From Nageia nagi (taxonomy: Eukaryota; Plantae; Pinophyta): a stretch of DNA of 64,000 bases. Every line of letters starts with the position of its first letter. Within the stretch, counting starts at the first letter, position 1. The notes under the pieces were generated by a model that was not told the origin of the DNA, made no database searches, and worked only from the letters and a program-made list of their open reading frames with translations. Shown here one piece after another: positions 25,744-40,372 of the stretch. The stretch is from positions 170,438,001-170,502,000 of the forward strand of contig JBITNC010000001.1 of NCBI GenBank assembly GCA_050084985.1, in the 5' to 3' direction. The translations under genes were made by a program, and so were the position numbers.

Positions 25744-26301
25744 ATGAAAAGCATTCAGGAGTTTTATAATATTTGTAGTTGCATGTTCTTGGCTGAGGAA
25801 CAACATATTTTGCCACCCATCTGAATCCTGCTAAACAGTTGTATTTACTTTGTCGTTGCAGCACTCTTTCTTTATAATTACCAAATACAATAAAATATGG
25901 TTAAGAAATTTGCTTTTGGAATTAGAAAGCTCTCTCAGCCTGCATAGAGGTTCAATTCGTAGGAATTTATACGATGAATATGTTATCATTGTTTAGTATA
26001 GCTAAAAAGCTAAATAAAATAATATAAATCCATTAATGAAAAGCATTTAGGAATTTTATAACATTTGTAGTTGCATATTCTTGGCTGAGTAACAGCCTAT
26101 TTTAATTTTTGCCACTTCTCCGAACTATATAAAACAGTTTTATTTACCATATGTCATTTTAATTGCATACTCCTTATAATAACAACAAACAATGGAATTT
26201 GTTTCTCAGAAATTTGGTTTGAATTCAGAAAGCTCTCTGAGAATCATGTTATTATTGTGTGTTCTAACTGAAAAGCTTAAATAAAATAATAGAATACCAT
26301 T
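25744..26301 (+). repeat. Diverged tandem duplication (~290 bp + ~265 bp) downstream of the MDL stop
   Basis: ATGAAAAGCATT...TTTGTAGTTGCAT.TTCTTGGCTGAG...AGAAAGCTCTCT...AAATAAAATAAT occurs twice in tandem. Confidence 0.8.
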
Positions 26302-26624
26302 TCATTTTCACCTTGTGCAGAAGACAAAGGAGCCAGCTTTCACATCTTGCACTGCATATCTGCAAAGAATGTTCGGGAAACATGATTATGCATTAACATT
26401 TTTATTATCTTTTATGATTAACTCCCTATTTTCTATGATTCCATGTATAACAAGAATTGTTACTCCTCCCAATTCTTTGCTTTTCTGTGGCAGCACATAG
26501 TAAATGGGGCATAAAAATTGTCTTCTTCAGACCAAATTAAAAGAGCAGATACCTCTCTCTTTCGTTATCCAGAAATTTTTGCATTTACTTTTGGAGATTA
26601 TTTGGAAGTACAATGTTGGAAGCT

Positions 26625-26684
26625 GAGTTACTGTTGTTTTGGGCTTGCCCTGTAGAGTTACTGTTGTTTTGTGTCTGCCTTGTA
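26625..26684 (+). repeat. 30-bp tandem duplication
   Basis: GAGTTACTGTTGTTTTG.G..TGCC.TGTA x2. Confidence 0.8.
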
Positions 26685-27226
26685 ACAGCTTTGATAAATC
26701 AGCGTCAGCTATCTTGTATTTGATTGGTTGGTAATATGAATGTAGTGATAATTGTTGAATAAATTATTTCCTTATTTGCCCTAAACTCATGCACATCTTG
26801 TCTGCCTTCTTGAGTGGTTGGCATCGTGGAATATATTGGATAATCTGACATGTGTGAATCGTGGACTGCTATTTTAGATTTTTAAGGTTCCACAAGGCCT
26901 CAGAAATAGGGGAATGTGTTACCATGAACGAGGAATGAAGAAGGTCATTTTTGGGGAACACTAGTAAAATATCTTGTAATTTTTAGATTTTTAAAATTTC
27001 ATTGTTTCAAATTTATAATTATTATCAATTCAATCATGTACACAAAACTAGAAACTGAAATTAGAAATCAAGTATGAATCAGAATATCAAAATGAGCCAT
27101 AATCAATTATCACAAGACATAATGTTAGAATGTCATGAAGTTTGAATCAATCTAGTACATAATGATAGATGCAAATATCAAATTAGAGATACTCAAATAT
27201 AGTAATATTGAAATCATAGCAGTAAA

Positions 27227-27504
27227 TGCTAAGAGTATGAAGTTCACTTAGGAGTATTATTTCCTAGGTCTTATTTCTAGCTAGTTTGTTTTGGTGATAA
27301 CCATTTCTTGGTCACTTTGTGGATTTTCCCGTTCACGCATGGTTGGCATGCTTTTATACACTAGCTTGTATTTGCCCTATATATTTGGGCTCCATTCTCA
27401 TTTCAGATTGATTGTTCTCGAGGATTCTAGCTTATCTCCTTGTTTTTGAGGTGCTCTTACATTTTCCTTTATGGGTTTGATTTGCTTTCCTGCGAATCTT
27501 CACA
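27227..27504 (+). repeat. 5' LTR of nested copia
   Basis: TG...CA; direct repeat of 32988-33265. Confidence 0.92.
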
Positions 27505-28914
27505 TGGTACTAGAGTTGGTTGGATTTTTTTGAAGCATCTAAAAGTTCATTGAAGCCTTTTCAGATATGATTTTGTTGGGTTGTGCAATTTCTCTGGTTG
27601 CACTCCCTCTCTACCCAGTATGTGGAGATCATGATGCCCCTCGACATATTTTACTGCTTGTGAGCCCTCAACTTCTGCGTCACCTACGAGCATTACTGCG
27701 TAGAGCCTCTGTGGATCAACATGTGATCATTTTGGTGGGTTTTCACCACTCAACCTCGTATCTTGTTGCATGATCTCATTTCTAACTGAGATCATGGTCT
27801 TGTGTTCATGTCTCCTTGCCTTAGTTACGAGACATCTGCAATTTGAGGCTTCCCCTACCATAAACTCGCATCTTGTAGCATCTTATTTTCTCCCAACGAC
27901 GGATCTTTTGTTCTTCAACGGATCTAAACGCCCCCAGCTTGGAACTACTACTTGGCCTCGAGATAGTTTTTCTCCCCTTATTTTTTGCATACCAAGCGCG
28001 TTTGCCCAACTTGCTTGAGACCCTCTGGAGGACTACTCAACTTGTGTGGCTTCTTGTCTACACACGACAACCTGATCCTGCAACCACTTTTTTGCTCCAC
28101 TCATGATCTCCATCCTCACAGTTTGCGTTTTTGCATGGTGTGTCTGTTTGGAGGGTGCTTCTCTAATATTGTAGTTTACTGAAGAGACATTGTAGGCGCA
28201 TCCATTCCAAGGTCACTTGCTTCACCCATCTCGTTGCTGATTGTGTTGTGGCCCTAATTCAAAACCAATTTGTGGTGTTCTCTGATTTACACGACCCTCC
28301 TCCATGAGCTCTCCCAGTTTAGTGTCAAGCAACCAAGTGTTGAGGACAAAGGGAAAGGTAAATTGATCTAGCTAGACTCCTGCTGGGCACCATGCATTTG
28401 GCTCCCTTCGAGCTCTCCACAGACGTATACAAAGCCTTGTCATCTTCTAGCTGGCCATCGACCTCCCAAAGTCATCATTTATAGGTTTAAAAATTATTAT
28501 TTTTTGCCTTTCTATAGTTCTCTTAAAATTAAAAAAATAAATGTTTTTCTAATTTTTAAATTGGATAAATACTATAATTTGTTAATAGTTTTTGGGAGGC
28601 TATTTATTTAATTTTGGAGGTATTTGGATTTAATTCCATAACTTAGGCAAACGGACTCGAATTGGAGTGTCATTTTTTGCATTGGAAAGGTGATGATGAG
28701 ATCTTTCAAACTGTTTGCATTGTAAGCTTTGACGACAAGTTTTTTTTTCTTTTTTGGAGGGGGAGGGGGGTACTTTGAAGTTGAATAAAATTTGAATGGG
28801 GTCTTCTTGGCATCAAGTGCGGATTTTTGCACCTCCCTTATTGCTTGGTTCCTTGGTTTGCTTGGTGTTTTGAGATGGATCATTCTCCATTTAAAATTGA
28901 ACCTTTCATATCTC

Positions 28915-31900
28915 ATAATTACCACACTTGGAAACCACATATTTTGATAGTATTAGCACAAAGAGGACCAAACACATTCATTAAGGAGTAAAAATTCAAA
29001 TTCAAATCAGACTATGAAACTTGGTCATTCACAAAAGCAACTGGTGAGGCATTTTGGGCTAATAAAATCAAATGTTAGTGAGAGCTTATGGTTTCATCTT
29101 GATAGTATAACCACACCACATGAGGCATGAGATAAATTAGAATCTTTGCTTGGTAAAGTTGACATAATGAGGGCTATGCAAATTGATGCTCAACTTACTG
29201 CATTCTTTCTTGATGACTATCCCACTATGATTGATTATCTCATTAAATTTAAGGAGTTGTACACAATTGTTGGGTAATGACAAAAAGAAGAAAGAGGAAG
29301 AATGCATTTATCTAATTTTATCAAAATTGACAAGCCCATTCCATGTATTTACTTCTACATTCTTCTCTACAATGGATGCTATGGGTGATAAATTCACAAT
29401 GCTTAAGTTAGAAGAATTTTGTGAACGTATTACAAGGGAAGAGATTAACATTTCAACTCTTGAGGCATCTTCATTTTCATCTAAGGTATTAACATCTAAA
29501 GGCAAAGGCAAGCCCAAGCCTAAGTCTAAGTCCACTACACCACAGATAGATCCAAAAGCCCATGATTCCAAATCCAATCAAGACAAAGAGAAGTAGATAT
29601 TCTTATTGTGGGAAGTTTGATCATGTCATTGAAAAATGTTACAAAAAGATAAAAGATGATAAAAAGAAGCAAAATTATGAAACTTCTCATGTATCAAGCA
29701 AGGCTTTGAATGCTTGAGGGAAGGGACATTCTGTTTCAAAGAGTTGGGTTATGGATTCAAGTGCCTCTCATCACATGACTCCATCTAGAGAGTCTTTTCC
29801 ATCTCTTTGTTCTACTTCTACTTCTAGTATATAGGTTGTGATTCCTCTCACATTTCTGTAAAGGGGAAAGGGAACATCTGTTGAAGGTGTTGCATCCTTG
29901 ATATGCTTTTGGTTCCTGATCTCTCTATCAACCTTCTTTTTGTGTATCAGATTTGTAATACTAGTGGTGGGAGGACTATATTATTTACACCTGATGATTT
30001 TGAAATTCGTAGTTTGTTGGAACCATAATCACTTCTTACATGAGGTGATGTTGACCATTCCTTGAGGCTCTATCAATTTGAGGGATTTGATGATATTGAT
30101 TCAGGTACTGGGTTGGTTGCTCATGCAAATTTTGTGAGTAGACTTTGGCATGATAGGTTTAGACACCTCAACTATAGATATTTGCAGCAATTGCATTCTC
30201 ATGATATGGTCATTGGCTTGCCTAAGGTGTCTTGTTTTAATGGTGTTTGCCTTGGTTGTGCCTTAGTAAGCAGCATCAAGACCTTTTTTTCAAAAAAAAA
30301 AGCTCATCGTGCATCTTCTCTTTTAGAGTAAATACATAGTGACTTGATGATCTTTCTACACCCATCCTTCATAGGAACTCGGTATGCATTAACTTTCATT
30401 GATGATTTCTTGAGATGTACTTGGGTATATTTTCTCAAGTACAAGAGTGATGTCTTTTCTCACTTCAAAGTCTTCAAGGCTTTGGTTGATAATCAATCTT
30501 TTAGCTGCATCGAGAAGCTTTGCACAGATAATGGGGGGGAGTACTTCAGCATAAAGTTTTCAGAATTCCTTGAGAAGCATGGAATAAATCATCAACATTT
30601 TGTCCCTCGCACTCCACAGTAGAATGGAGTTGTAGAAAGAAAGAATAGAACACTGAAGGAGATGGCTAGTTGTATGATGCATTCAAGATACTTGCCTCCT
30701 ATTTTCTAGGTTGAGGAAGTCATTTGTACAAACTACATCCAGAATCGCACTCCTCGTTGGGCACTTGATCATATGACTCTTGAAGAGACTTAGAGTGGAA
30801 CGAAGCCAAATGTGTCATGCTTCATAGTGTTTGGTAGTCATGATTGGGCATTCATTCCAAAGACAAAGTGTTAGGCCTTGGATAAAAAGAGCAAGCCTCT
30901 CATCTTTGTTGACTATAGTGAGGATATGAAGGCGTATTGACCGATTGATCTTGATACCCATAATCTCTTTTTCCACACTCATGTTTAGTTTAATGAGCAC
31001 CTTTCTGATTCTCTCTTTTCATCTCCTTCCTTGGTTTTACCTGACTCCCGTGACATATCTTCTGAGAACTTTCATGAGGAGGATATTCATGAGGTTGTTG
31101 CTTCCACAATATCTATTGATCCTCCTACACCTCCACCACTTGCAGTTGTTGCTAATCCTCCTGTTGATGTTGCATCTTCTTCCACTACTAGTAGTCACAT
31201 GCCCAAATGGGCTCGCTCTACACATGAGGATGCAACATCTTTTATCTAGGATCTCTCTCCTTATCATCATTCCATCGGTTCCAGTCTAGTTGGTCAAGCA
31301 CATTCAAGTGATCCATAGACTTTTTCAGAGGCTCATGGTATATTGAAGTGGGATGATGCCATGGCAGCTGAGTATTCTTCTTTGTTGAAGAATAATACTT
31401 GGGAGCTTGTTTCTCTTCCTCATGGTTGGAAGTTGGTTTGGTGTAAATAGGTGTATCGAATCAAGTATGTCATTGATGGTTCTATTGATAAGTATAAAGA
31501 TCATTTTTTGCTAAGGGGTTCTCACAGGTTGAAGGGATTGATTGCTCTGAGACCTTTACCCCTGTGGCCAAGATAGATTCAATTTGCCTTGTACTTGCTT
31601 TGCTGCTTCTTAAGGATGGTTAGTATTTCAGATGGATGTGAAGAGCACCTTTTTGCATGATGATTTGCATGAGGAGATCTATATGGAGCAGTCAGTTGGT
31701 TTTATCTAGGATTCTTCACTTGTTTATAGGCTTAGGAAATCTCTCTATGGCCTCAAACAAGCTCCTCGAACATGATATAAGAAGATGGACTCTTTCCTTC
31801 TCTCCATTCATTTTGTATGATGTTCTTATGATTCTACAGTCTATATTTGGGTATATGGATCAAATACCACTATTTTGGTGTTGTATGTTGATGATCTTCT

Positions 31901-32843
31901 TCTCATCAGCATCTCCCGCTCTCACATTCAGACAAGTTAGTAGGCTCTCTCTAAGAGATTTGAGATGGAAGACCTTGGACTTGCCCATTACTTTCTTGGT
32001 CTTCAGGTGACAAACAAATTCAGTGATTTCCATATTTTAGCAAAAATATGCCTTGAATCTTCTTCAACGGTTTATGATGGTGGATTGCAATCCTTCTCTG
32101 ACACCTTTTCAGAGTGGGGTAACTTTGACTTCCACTTGTACTTCACCATTGTTTGATGCTACTTTGTATCACCAGTTGGTTAGGGGTCTTCTATACCTCA
32201 CCCATACTCGATCAAATATTTCATATGTTGTTGGGTTTTTTTCTCGATTTGCATAGACCCCTCATGAGTCTCACTGGCATGTAGCCAAGAGGATTTTTCG
32301 ATATGTGAGGGGAACTACCCACTTCAGTGTACGTTACATGAGAGGTGATCCAATGTTTTGAGGATATACAAATTCTAATTGGGCTAGTTCTTATGATGAA
32401 TGTTGTTCCACTTCTGGATATGTATTTTATCTTGGTACTTCTCCCATTGCTTGGTCATGCAAGAAGTAGCAGGCTATTGCATTATCATCAACTAAGGTAA
32501 AGTATAGAGCAATTTTTTATGCAAGTTAGGAGGCACTTTGGTTTTAGCAGCTATTGGAGGAGTTTGGCTACCCTAGTCTTAGACCATAGTTCTTTGGTAC
32601 GACAACAAGAACGTGATTCACATTTCATGTAATCCTGTTGAGCATCGATGCACCAAACATATTGAGGTCCACATGCACTTCATCCATCAGCATATTCAAG
32701 ATCGTATTCTCAGCTTGGAGTACATCTCTACCAAGAAGTAGACCATAAACATCTTCACTAAATCCTTTGCATCAGCTCATTTTCTTGAGTTGCATGGCTT
32801 GCTTGGGGTGCAGGACATCTTCCTCTCCATCCTCCTACTATGA
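28915..32843 (+). pseudogene. copia gag-pol pseudogene
   Basis: YCGKFDHVIEKC knuckle near 29605, WVMDSSASHHM protease near 29745, LWHDRFRHLN, FIDDF/TDNGGEY integrase, MDVKS and YVDD RT, TKHIEVHMHFI RNase H. Confidence 0.9.
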
Positions 32844-32987
32844 GATGGTTTTTTCTCCATGTGGTTTTTTCATCATCTTTCAGTAGTTTCTTTGCACATA
32901 TTATACATGAGTACTTGATCAGGCCTTGTTATCGGGAATCATTTCTATGGATGTGCCACTTTACCTCCTTGTTCACTAAAGGGGGGG

Positions 32988-33265
32988 TGTTAGAGTATTA
33001 AGTTCACTTAGGAGTATTATTTCCTAGGTCTTATTTTAAGCTAGTTTATTGTGGTGATAACCACTTCTTTGTCACTTTGTGGATTTTCTTGTTCACACAT
33101 GGTTGGCATGCTTTTGTACACTAGCTAGTATCTGCCCTATTTATTTGGGTCCCATTCTCATTTCAGATTGATCAGTTATGAGAATTCTAGCTTATCTCCT
33201 TGTTTTTGTTGTGCTCTTGCATTTTCCTTTACGGGTTTGATTTGCTTTCCTTGCGAATCTTCACA
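32988..33265 (+). repeat. 3' LTR of nested copia
   Basis: TGTTAGAG...TTCACA after the PPT. Confidence 0.92.
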
Positions 33266-33382
33266 TTAAAAGTAAAACTAAATACATAGACTAAAATTAG
33301 ACATGAATATGTCAAATAACAAAATGTCAAATAGCTCTATGGGCTCATGCATTAGTATATCTTAATTATAATCAATATCATC

Positions 33383-35875
33383 TTATTTCTCTACAAAGTT
33401 ATTTGATGAGATGCCCTCATCATCCGACTGAAGACCCTCCAATGGCAATCCAACCAACCCCTTCATATCATCATCAATCTGAAGACTAGCTGTCTCCACA
33501 AGATCAACATTCCAACATATAATTGGATTAGCTTTGTACTCTAGTCTAACTCTCTCACAAAGGTGAAGAGAGCTATACACTACAATTAGCCTCTTTACTT
33601 TGCAAGGGGTAAGCATGTTCCTCTCTAAAACAAATGAACTACTGAATTATAAAAGTATTTAATATATTTTATCATAACTTAATCATGTGAGAATTAGAAA
33701 CGATCATTCAAATCCCAAATACTTTATGCCAATGGGATCTTCATTTACCAACCTAAGAAATGAGCTTAATTGCAAGTTGTTTTAAGTATGGATAACCACC
33801 ATATAGATCCCACCATCCAATGGGATCATTTTGGGCAATGGTAGCCCTATTCTCCTTGCATTCTAATGTTCTAATATGAGGACCCCTACATCTAATATGA
33901 GGACCCCTACATCTCACAAATTTCATACTCTTTTCTAATCATGACATTGCTTCGATATATACAATTTACAAGGAATTTTTTAAACCCATTTTTCTCCTTC
34001 TAACCATTATTAGGTGTCTTTTCACAACCTTAGGTGCATACCACTTTGGATTCAATGCATGGGTAACCATATGTATATGATTCATCTTATTCCACCTACT
34101 AGAAATAAAAAAATAAAGTTACAAAACTTAAAATAAATGAATCATTGATAAAAAATTCAAATTGAAACTACAATCATCAACATTTGTTACTATTATCTCT
34201 TCAATATAATGGGTTTAGTGTGCTCTTCATTAAATAAAAGATCTTTCGCACAAATTACATTTTTCATTTGCTCAAGCATGTTGTCAAAAGTTTCGTATCT
34301 ATCATAAATTTGGAGAATTTGTATAACATACCTTATTACATTGGCAATTGGGAAAATGAAAGATACAATGTACCTATAAGAATTAAAAAAAAAAGTTAAA
34401 AAACTACATGAACAATCAACACTCAAAAATTCAAAATTGAAACTTCATTAATTATTGAGTCTTCAACATTTGTTACTTAACTTCACCCCATCAATTTTCA
34501 TCTAAGACTCTTAAGTCTTTTTCCATCATTTGTATGAGATTCCAACCACCTCGTTCATTCTTGTGTTACTACCATGCCCTGTAATACCTCTTACAACTCA
34601 ATAATAATTTCCAATAGAAGGGAATAAGTAACATATCTTGTCTCTATAGATTTGATAAAATACTTTGAGAAGAAGCAAAAGAGAGATGATAACATGTGAT
34701 GATTGGAAATAAACATTTTCAAGTCTCTATCTTTACAACCATGTTCTTCACTCAAGCCATCTTCTCAATGTCTTTCAATGCATAAATGCAACTTCGGATC
34801 CACAAAGTATGTCTGTAAGTGGCCTCTATTAGTTTCCTTAGATGTCAACAAATAGGGGTTGCATTTGTAATTACCTACAAGATAATAAAAAAACAAAATA
34901 ATTAAAATATATAAAAAATAATAATTTGGCATTTGCATTTGAATTCACAACAAGAATGCAAAGTAAAACTAAACTCAAAGTGATTATATACACAACATTG
35001 GTGGGTCCAACCTCTTCAATGATGTCCTTTAATAAAAGGAATTGAAACTTTGCATCCTTCTTTTTCCTTGATCAATAAAAAATCTAAAGAAAATAAGGAC
35101 CATTTGAACATGTCACGATAATGTTGATAAGTGGATGTTGATGAATGTCAGTCCATCCATCTATGACAATGGAACAACTACTATTCACCCATATTGTATT
35201 CATCTCCTACATCATCAAAGTGCACTTGGCATATTACTTCTTCAAAAGACTAGTATAGAGTGTAATCTCTCTAGGAAATACAAATGAAGGCCTTTCATAC
35301 CTCAATTTTTGAATGAACCCTTAAATTAAGATGAGCATGCAATATGGAAAGACAACCCATGTGCATAAAATAATGTGTATATAGAATCATTAGCCACATC
35401 TTTTGCATATAGGTTTAGTGCATTAGCTATATTTTCTCTTTTTTAGGGGGGTAACATAGGGCTTAGGAAACTAGAAGAAGTAAGAGTTGGTTGTGTTGAG
35501 GATGATGATGCATAGGCAACAACAAAAGCTCAATCAAATATAAGAATTTATGATGCTCTAAGTGTGGCCTTTTACACAAGCCTATTGGCTTCTGCAACTT
35601 GGAATTTATTCATGTTTTTGCACTCTCACCTCCACCCTTAGTTTGTTTGTGAGATGTAACTCAATGCTAGTATAACTACATCCAAATTCAGTGACACACA
35701 AATGACATTTCCAAGTTACCCCTCCCCTATAAATTATTTTTCCTTGGTATTCATTTGTAATAAATTGAAACAAAGATTTTTTGGAATTATATGATACTTT
35801 AACAAAGGGTTACAACGATAGGGATGGATATTAAAAAATGGAGGTATTGCTTTCCCCTCCATGTGTTTGTTCATG
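33383..35875 (-). pseudogene. hAT transposase pseudogene (BED finger, DUF659 core, C-terminal dimerisation domain), intron-containing
   Basis: Minus strand: WKCHLC..FGCSYTSIELHL (BED, near 35700), CSIVIDGWTDIHQHPLINI (near 35150), IEEVGPTNVVYII (near 35000), PIGWWDLYGGYPYLKQLAIKLIS (near 33790), then an intron and ERN. Confidence 0.88.
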
Positions 35876-36645
35876 TTGGACAGTTTGATTTTCTTCCCCC
35901 ATTTCACTTTCTAAATCAAAATCTTCACTCTCATTCATTCTAGATTCTAGAAAATGGCAATGTTTTACTATTTAGTATTTAGTAAACAAGGTAAGGAAAT
36001 AAGAAATAGTAAGTAGTTAAGTACCCTTGGGAAATCTTGTTCCTCCTCCTTTCTAGCATAGATAGTGCTAGTTTCAACCTGGTTGAGATCATGATTCAAA
36101 GCTTAACAGCCCTCGATTAATGATTTAGGGATAAAGGTTCCTTTCTATCAAACTATGTTTCTCCTCCTCATTATTGGTTTTTCCTTCTCACAGCTACATA
36201 CAAACAATGTGATTATGTTTTTGACTTTGCAATGCTTTAATAACTTGTAATTAGGGTTTTGGGGTGGTGACATTAGTGGGACCCACCCCCATGCCTTTTA
36301 TGGGCATTTAATTTTTTTTAAATGATTTTATTTTTCAAGGTTGGTTGCCTACTTTCCTAGGGGAATGCCTGGTTATACCCAGGAGAGATTAATAAATGGC
36401 TAATTGCTCCTAGGAACAACCAAGAAATTCCCTAGGCATTCTCAATAGGGTGGTCGTATGGGAACTACTCCCCACCCTTAGGGAACATACATGGGAATGT
36501 CTCCCTATCATTCTCCAAAAAGGAAATGATAGAGAGACTTTCTCGAGTGTGTTCCCACATTCCCAAAATGGAGGAAGGCCTCTCCCAATGGGGGGAATGT
36601 GGACCCTTGTAGATTTCTTTATGTGCTATATTATATTGTTACAAG

Positions 36646-39600
36646 TGATATGGAAGCAACAATCTTGACTACTTAGGGATAATGATTTTTACTAAATTGA
36701 AGCAAAAAAAGGGGGATTTGTAGCTGAGTAGCAGTAACAAGCACATATGGAGCTACCACATTATTGCTAAGTAATTTTGTAATTTTGGCCTCTTTTTTTT
36801 TTAAACCATCTTATAATTTAGCAAGGATTGTATAAATTTGTAAGCAATATTTGATAATGAATATATATTTTTTTAGAAATCCTATCAAGAGACTTGTTTT
36901 GATCATCTCATCAAGATGATCAAAATGACATCTTTGATAACCCCTTGGGTAAGGCCAAGATAAGGTTCAAAATTTGAAACCTTATCGAAAGACTTATCTT
37001 TTTCTATCACCTCATCAATATGATAAAAATGCTATAAATCTTTGAAAATCTTTAGGTAAGGCCAAAATGAGATCTAGAAGTTGAAAACATCATGAAGAGA
37101 CAAAATTTATAACCATCAAGTCTTAAGAATGTGGAAAATTATTGGTGTGGGTAGATTGGTTATAATCATAGATCTTGAGGAGAAGAAATATGTATGAGCG
37201 GTAATAATGCTATAAGAAAACAACATACTTTGACAAATCAAAGTATAGATAACCATTCTACTCTTGAAAATATAAGAATGGAGGATCTAAACATTTGAGA
37301 TATAAAAAGATCAAGTGAGATAGACTTTGATGGAATTCAAGTTGAGGAACGATGGTAGGATAATGAAGGTTCAATTGACAAAGGGAAGGAAATTATAGAT
37401 AAAATAATTAGGATACAATATGAGAAACTAAAAATAATTAAATAAAAGAATCAGCAACAAAGGTTGAAGTATTGTCTTTGATTTGAATAAATGTTGGATG
37501 AGCAATAAGGTAATGAGAAGTTTTGGAGGAATGGATATTATGATACCAAGAATGGGAAAAAATGATGAAATATTATAGAGATAATGAGGAGTATTTTAGA
37601 GGACCAAAGGATCATGATCAAGTAGGTTAAGAGGTAGAATACCCAAAACACCACACTAAAAACCAAGAGACGTATTCAAAAGTATGATGATATGATTGTA
37701 AATATGAGCTTGATATGGATGTAAATATACTTAACCTTTTGATTTGCTCACTTTTCCAAATATACCCATACCAAAGTTTCCTTAAGTATCTTTTATTAAA
37801 GAAAAATTTAGAGAATTATTAACTAAAATGGAATATATATTAAGATGCATAAAACACTAGAGCAATATAAAGTTTATTTGACAATTATCCAACTAGATAG
37901 TTGTGTATTAAATTGGTACATTTTAAAATGTAGAGTTTGGGAACCTACTTAGTTGGAATTCAAAAACATGTTTTTTTATAAATACAATAAAAGAGAGAAA
38001 ATATCTTATACATTAAGGCTTATGTGAAATTATATGATAAATGCAATGGTAAAATACAATCAATTTATGAGTATTATCAACTTTACAAAGGATGCATCAT
38101 CAACAATTGCACTTACAACATTTATAAGTGGGTTGAAAGAGGAGATCAAGAGGTATTTGAGCTTGCATGATCCCTAATGAATTAGAAAGGTTGAAAAGGT
38201 AATTACAATATAACATTCACCTACAATGAAAGAGAAAAGGAATAGGCTAAGGGTATTTGTTTCAATTGAAAAAGTAAATTGAATAGAGGATATGTGTAAA
38301 GCAGGGTTCATCATACAATTGTTTGATCTCAACTGTAACCTTTGGGAATTTTCTAATACTTGATGTAGATTGAAATGATTAAATCAAAATAATAAAATCT
38401 AACTTGTTCATTGTTGATTCACTATAAATCGATTATTGTAATAGTCATATGGTTAAATGGATTTGGTAATACTTGATGTGTAACAACTATGTATTGCAGT
38501 TTAAGGTATATTTTGCTTATATAGAATGGGTGTTAGAGGTGATTTTGTTATATGCTATATATATTTATATAAAATTTGGAAATTATTTTTATGATCTATT
38601 TCATAGGGTTGACAATTATATAAAAACATTAAAGGCTTAAAATTCTTTGGCAATCCATTCCATATAATTTAAAAAATATATAAAATTTTGGTGATTATGA
38701 ATCGATCCATACTCCGAGAATTCATCAAATTAAAAATATATAAATTCTAAAATTTGTTTATAAGAAAATATTTGAGGCTAAAAGTTTCCCTAGTGTAAAG
38801 AAACAAAACATCTCCATGTATATGGAAGATGATGAAGAAGAGTGTTCCCAAGAAGAATTGACCATGAGTGAGAACCCAATCAAGAAGAAAAGTCAATAAA
38901 GGAAGATAAGATGGGACTCTTACCATTCACTCTTTTGGTGATGACATCGTGAAGAACTTAAGGTATGTTATTTCATTAATAATCAAATGGTAATTGTATT
39001 TATTGATTTAAAGAGCACTCATAATTTCATTAGTATAGATATAACAAAGGAATTTAAGTTGTGTTGTTAAAAGTGGAAAAATTTGATTTGCTGATTGCTT
39101 ATGGAGGTAAAACAATATGTGTAGGGAAATTTTTGAATAGAAGAATTATATGAATAATTACATATGGATCATAAATTTTAGCTATAAACTTAGGTAAATA
39201 AAATGTAATGTTAAGTTCTAATGATGGCTCAATTAGGTGATGTTAACATTAATACCCAAAAAGGAGAAGATAAGTGGTAGCACAAATTTTAATTATGAAG
39301 GTTAAGGAAGAAGAATGGACTATTCCAACATTTAAAAATATTGAATATATATACAAGAGTATTCCAATAACTAAAAAGACTTCGCATATCAAAAATTATG
39401 ATCATGTAATCAACCTATGTCCTATAAGTTAACCAACTAATATAAAATTTTATAGGTATCCCTAACCGCAAAAAAATGAGATTAATAAGTTGATAAAATA
39501 AATGTTAAGAGCATGTCAATCATATAATAACCAACATATAATTCCTCCACATAGTGATAATAAAGAATAAGGATAACATGTAGAGGATGTTTCTATATTT

Positions 39601-40372
39601 TTATGATCTCAATAAAGCTACTATTAAAGATAAGTTTTTATCTCTATTATTGATTATTTGTTAGATGAATTACATGGTTCTAGAAATTTTACAAAGCTAG
39701 GTTTTAGATTTAATTATCATTAAGTTAAGATCAAAGAAGATATTCCTAAAGGAAGTTTTATAACTCCTAATGGAAATCGATTTTTAGTCATGTCATTTGA
39801 CTCACTAATATCCCTATCCACATTTTTGAGTCTTATGAATTCAAATTTTGTACGAATCTTCAGGAAATTTATTTTGGAATTTTTTTGATGATATTTATTT
39901 ACATTAAAATATGGGAATATAATTCATGTGGAACAAGTGCTATCAATTATAGAAAAAAATATAATATTTTCAAGAAATCTAGAACCTCTTTTGGACTTCT
40001 GGAACTAGAGTATTTGGGTTATATAGTGATAATCGAAGGAATGAGTGCATATCAATAAGATCAATCAAATATGGGAATGGTCCCTTCCATAAACACTTCA
40101 AATTATTGGGGGATTTATATGATATACATATTACTACAAAAGGTTTGTAAGAGATTATGGAAAAATAGTAATACCTCTTACAACACTAACAAACAAAGGT
40201 GTCTTCATACATACAAATATAACAAGGAATTCAATACTCTAACATATGCCATTTGTTCAATTATAATGATGGCTACATTAGATTTTAATAAGTTTCTTGT
40301 GATCAAATTTTATACCTTAAGGATTGGAATTGGTGCAATGTTGATGCAAGAGGTCATCCTATAGCATTTGAG
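36646..40372 (+). mobile_element. Very decayed Ty3/gypsy (chromovirus-like) internal region, truncated in RNase H
   Basis: IDLKSTHNFI protease near 39002, YRYP..QKNEI, LNKATIKDKF, LDELHG, FFDD and GIGAMLMQE remnants. Possible degenerate PBS at 36646. Confidence 0.8.

Larger units (their letters stand above)
27227..33265 (+). mobile_element. Full-length degenerate Ty1/copia nested in the hAT element
   Basis: 278-bp LTRs (27227-27504 and 32988-33265, ~90% identical), PBS TGGTACTAGAG at 27505, PPT AAAGGGGGGG at 32978-32987, TSD GTAAA/TTAAA. Confidence 0.93.
26883..36609 (-). mobile_element. hAT-superfamily DNA transposon (about 3.7 kb excluding the nested copia)
   Basis: Imperfect 12-bp TIRs TAAGGTTCCACA (26883) and TGTGGACCCTTG (36598-36609); 8-bp TSD TAGATTTT/TAGATTTC; GGGAA/TTCCC subterminal repeats; internal transposase remnant. 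Confidence 0.85.
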
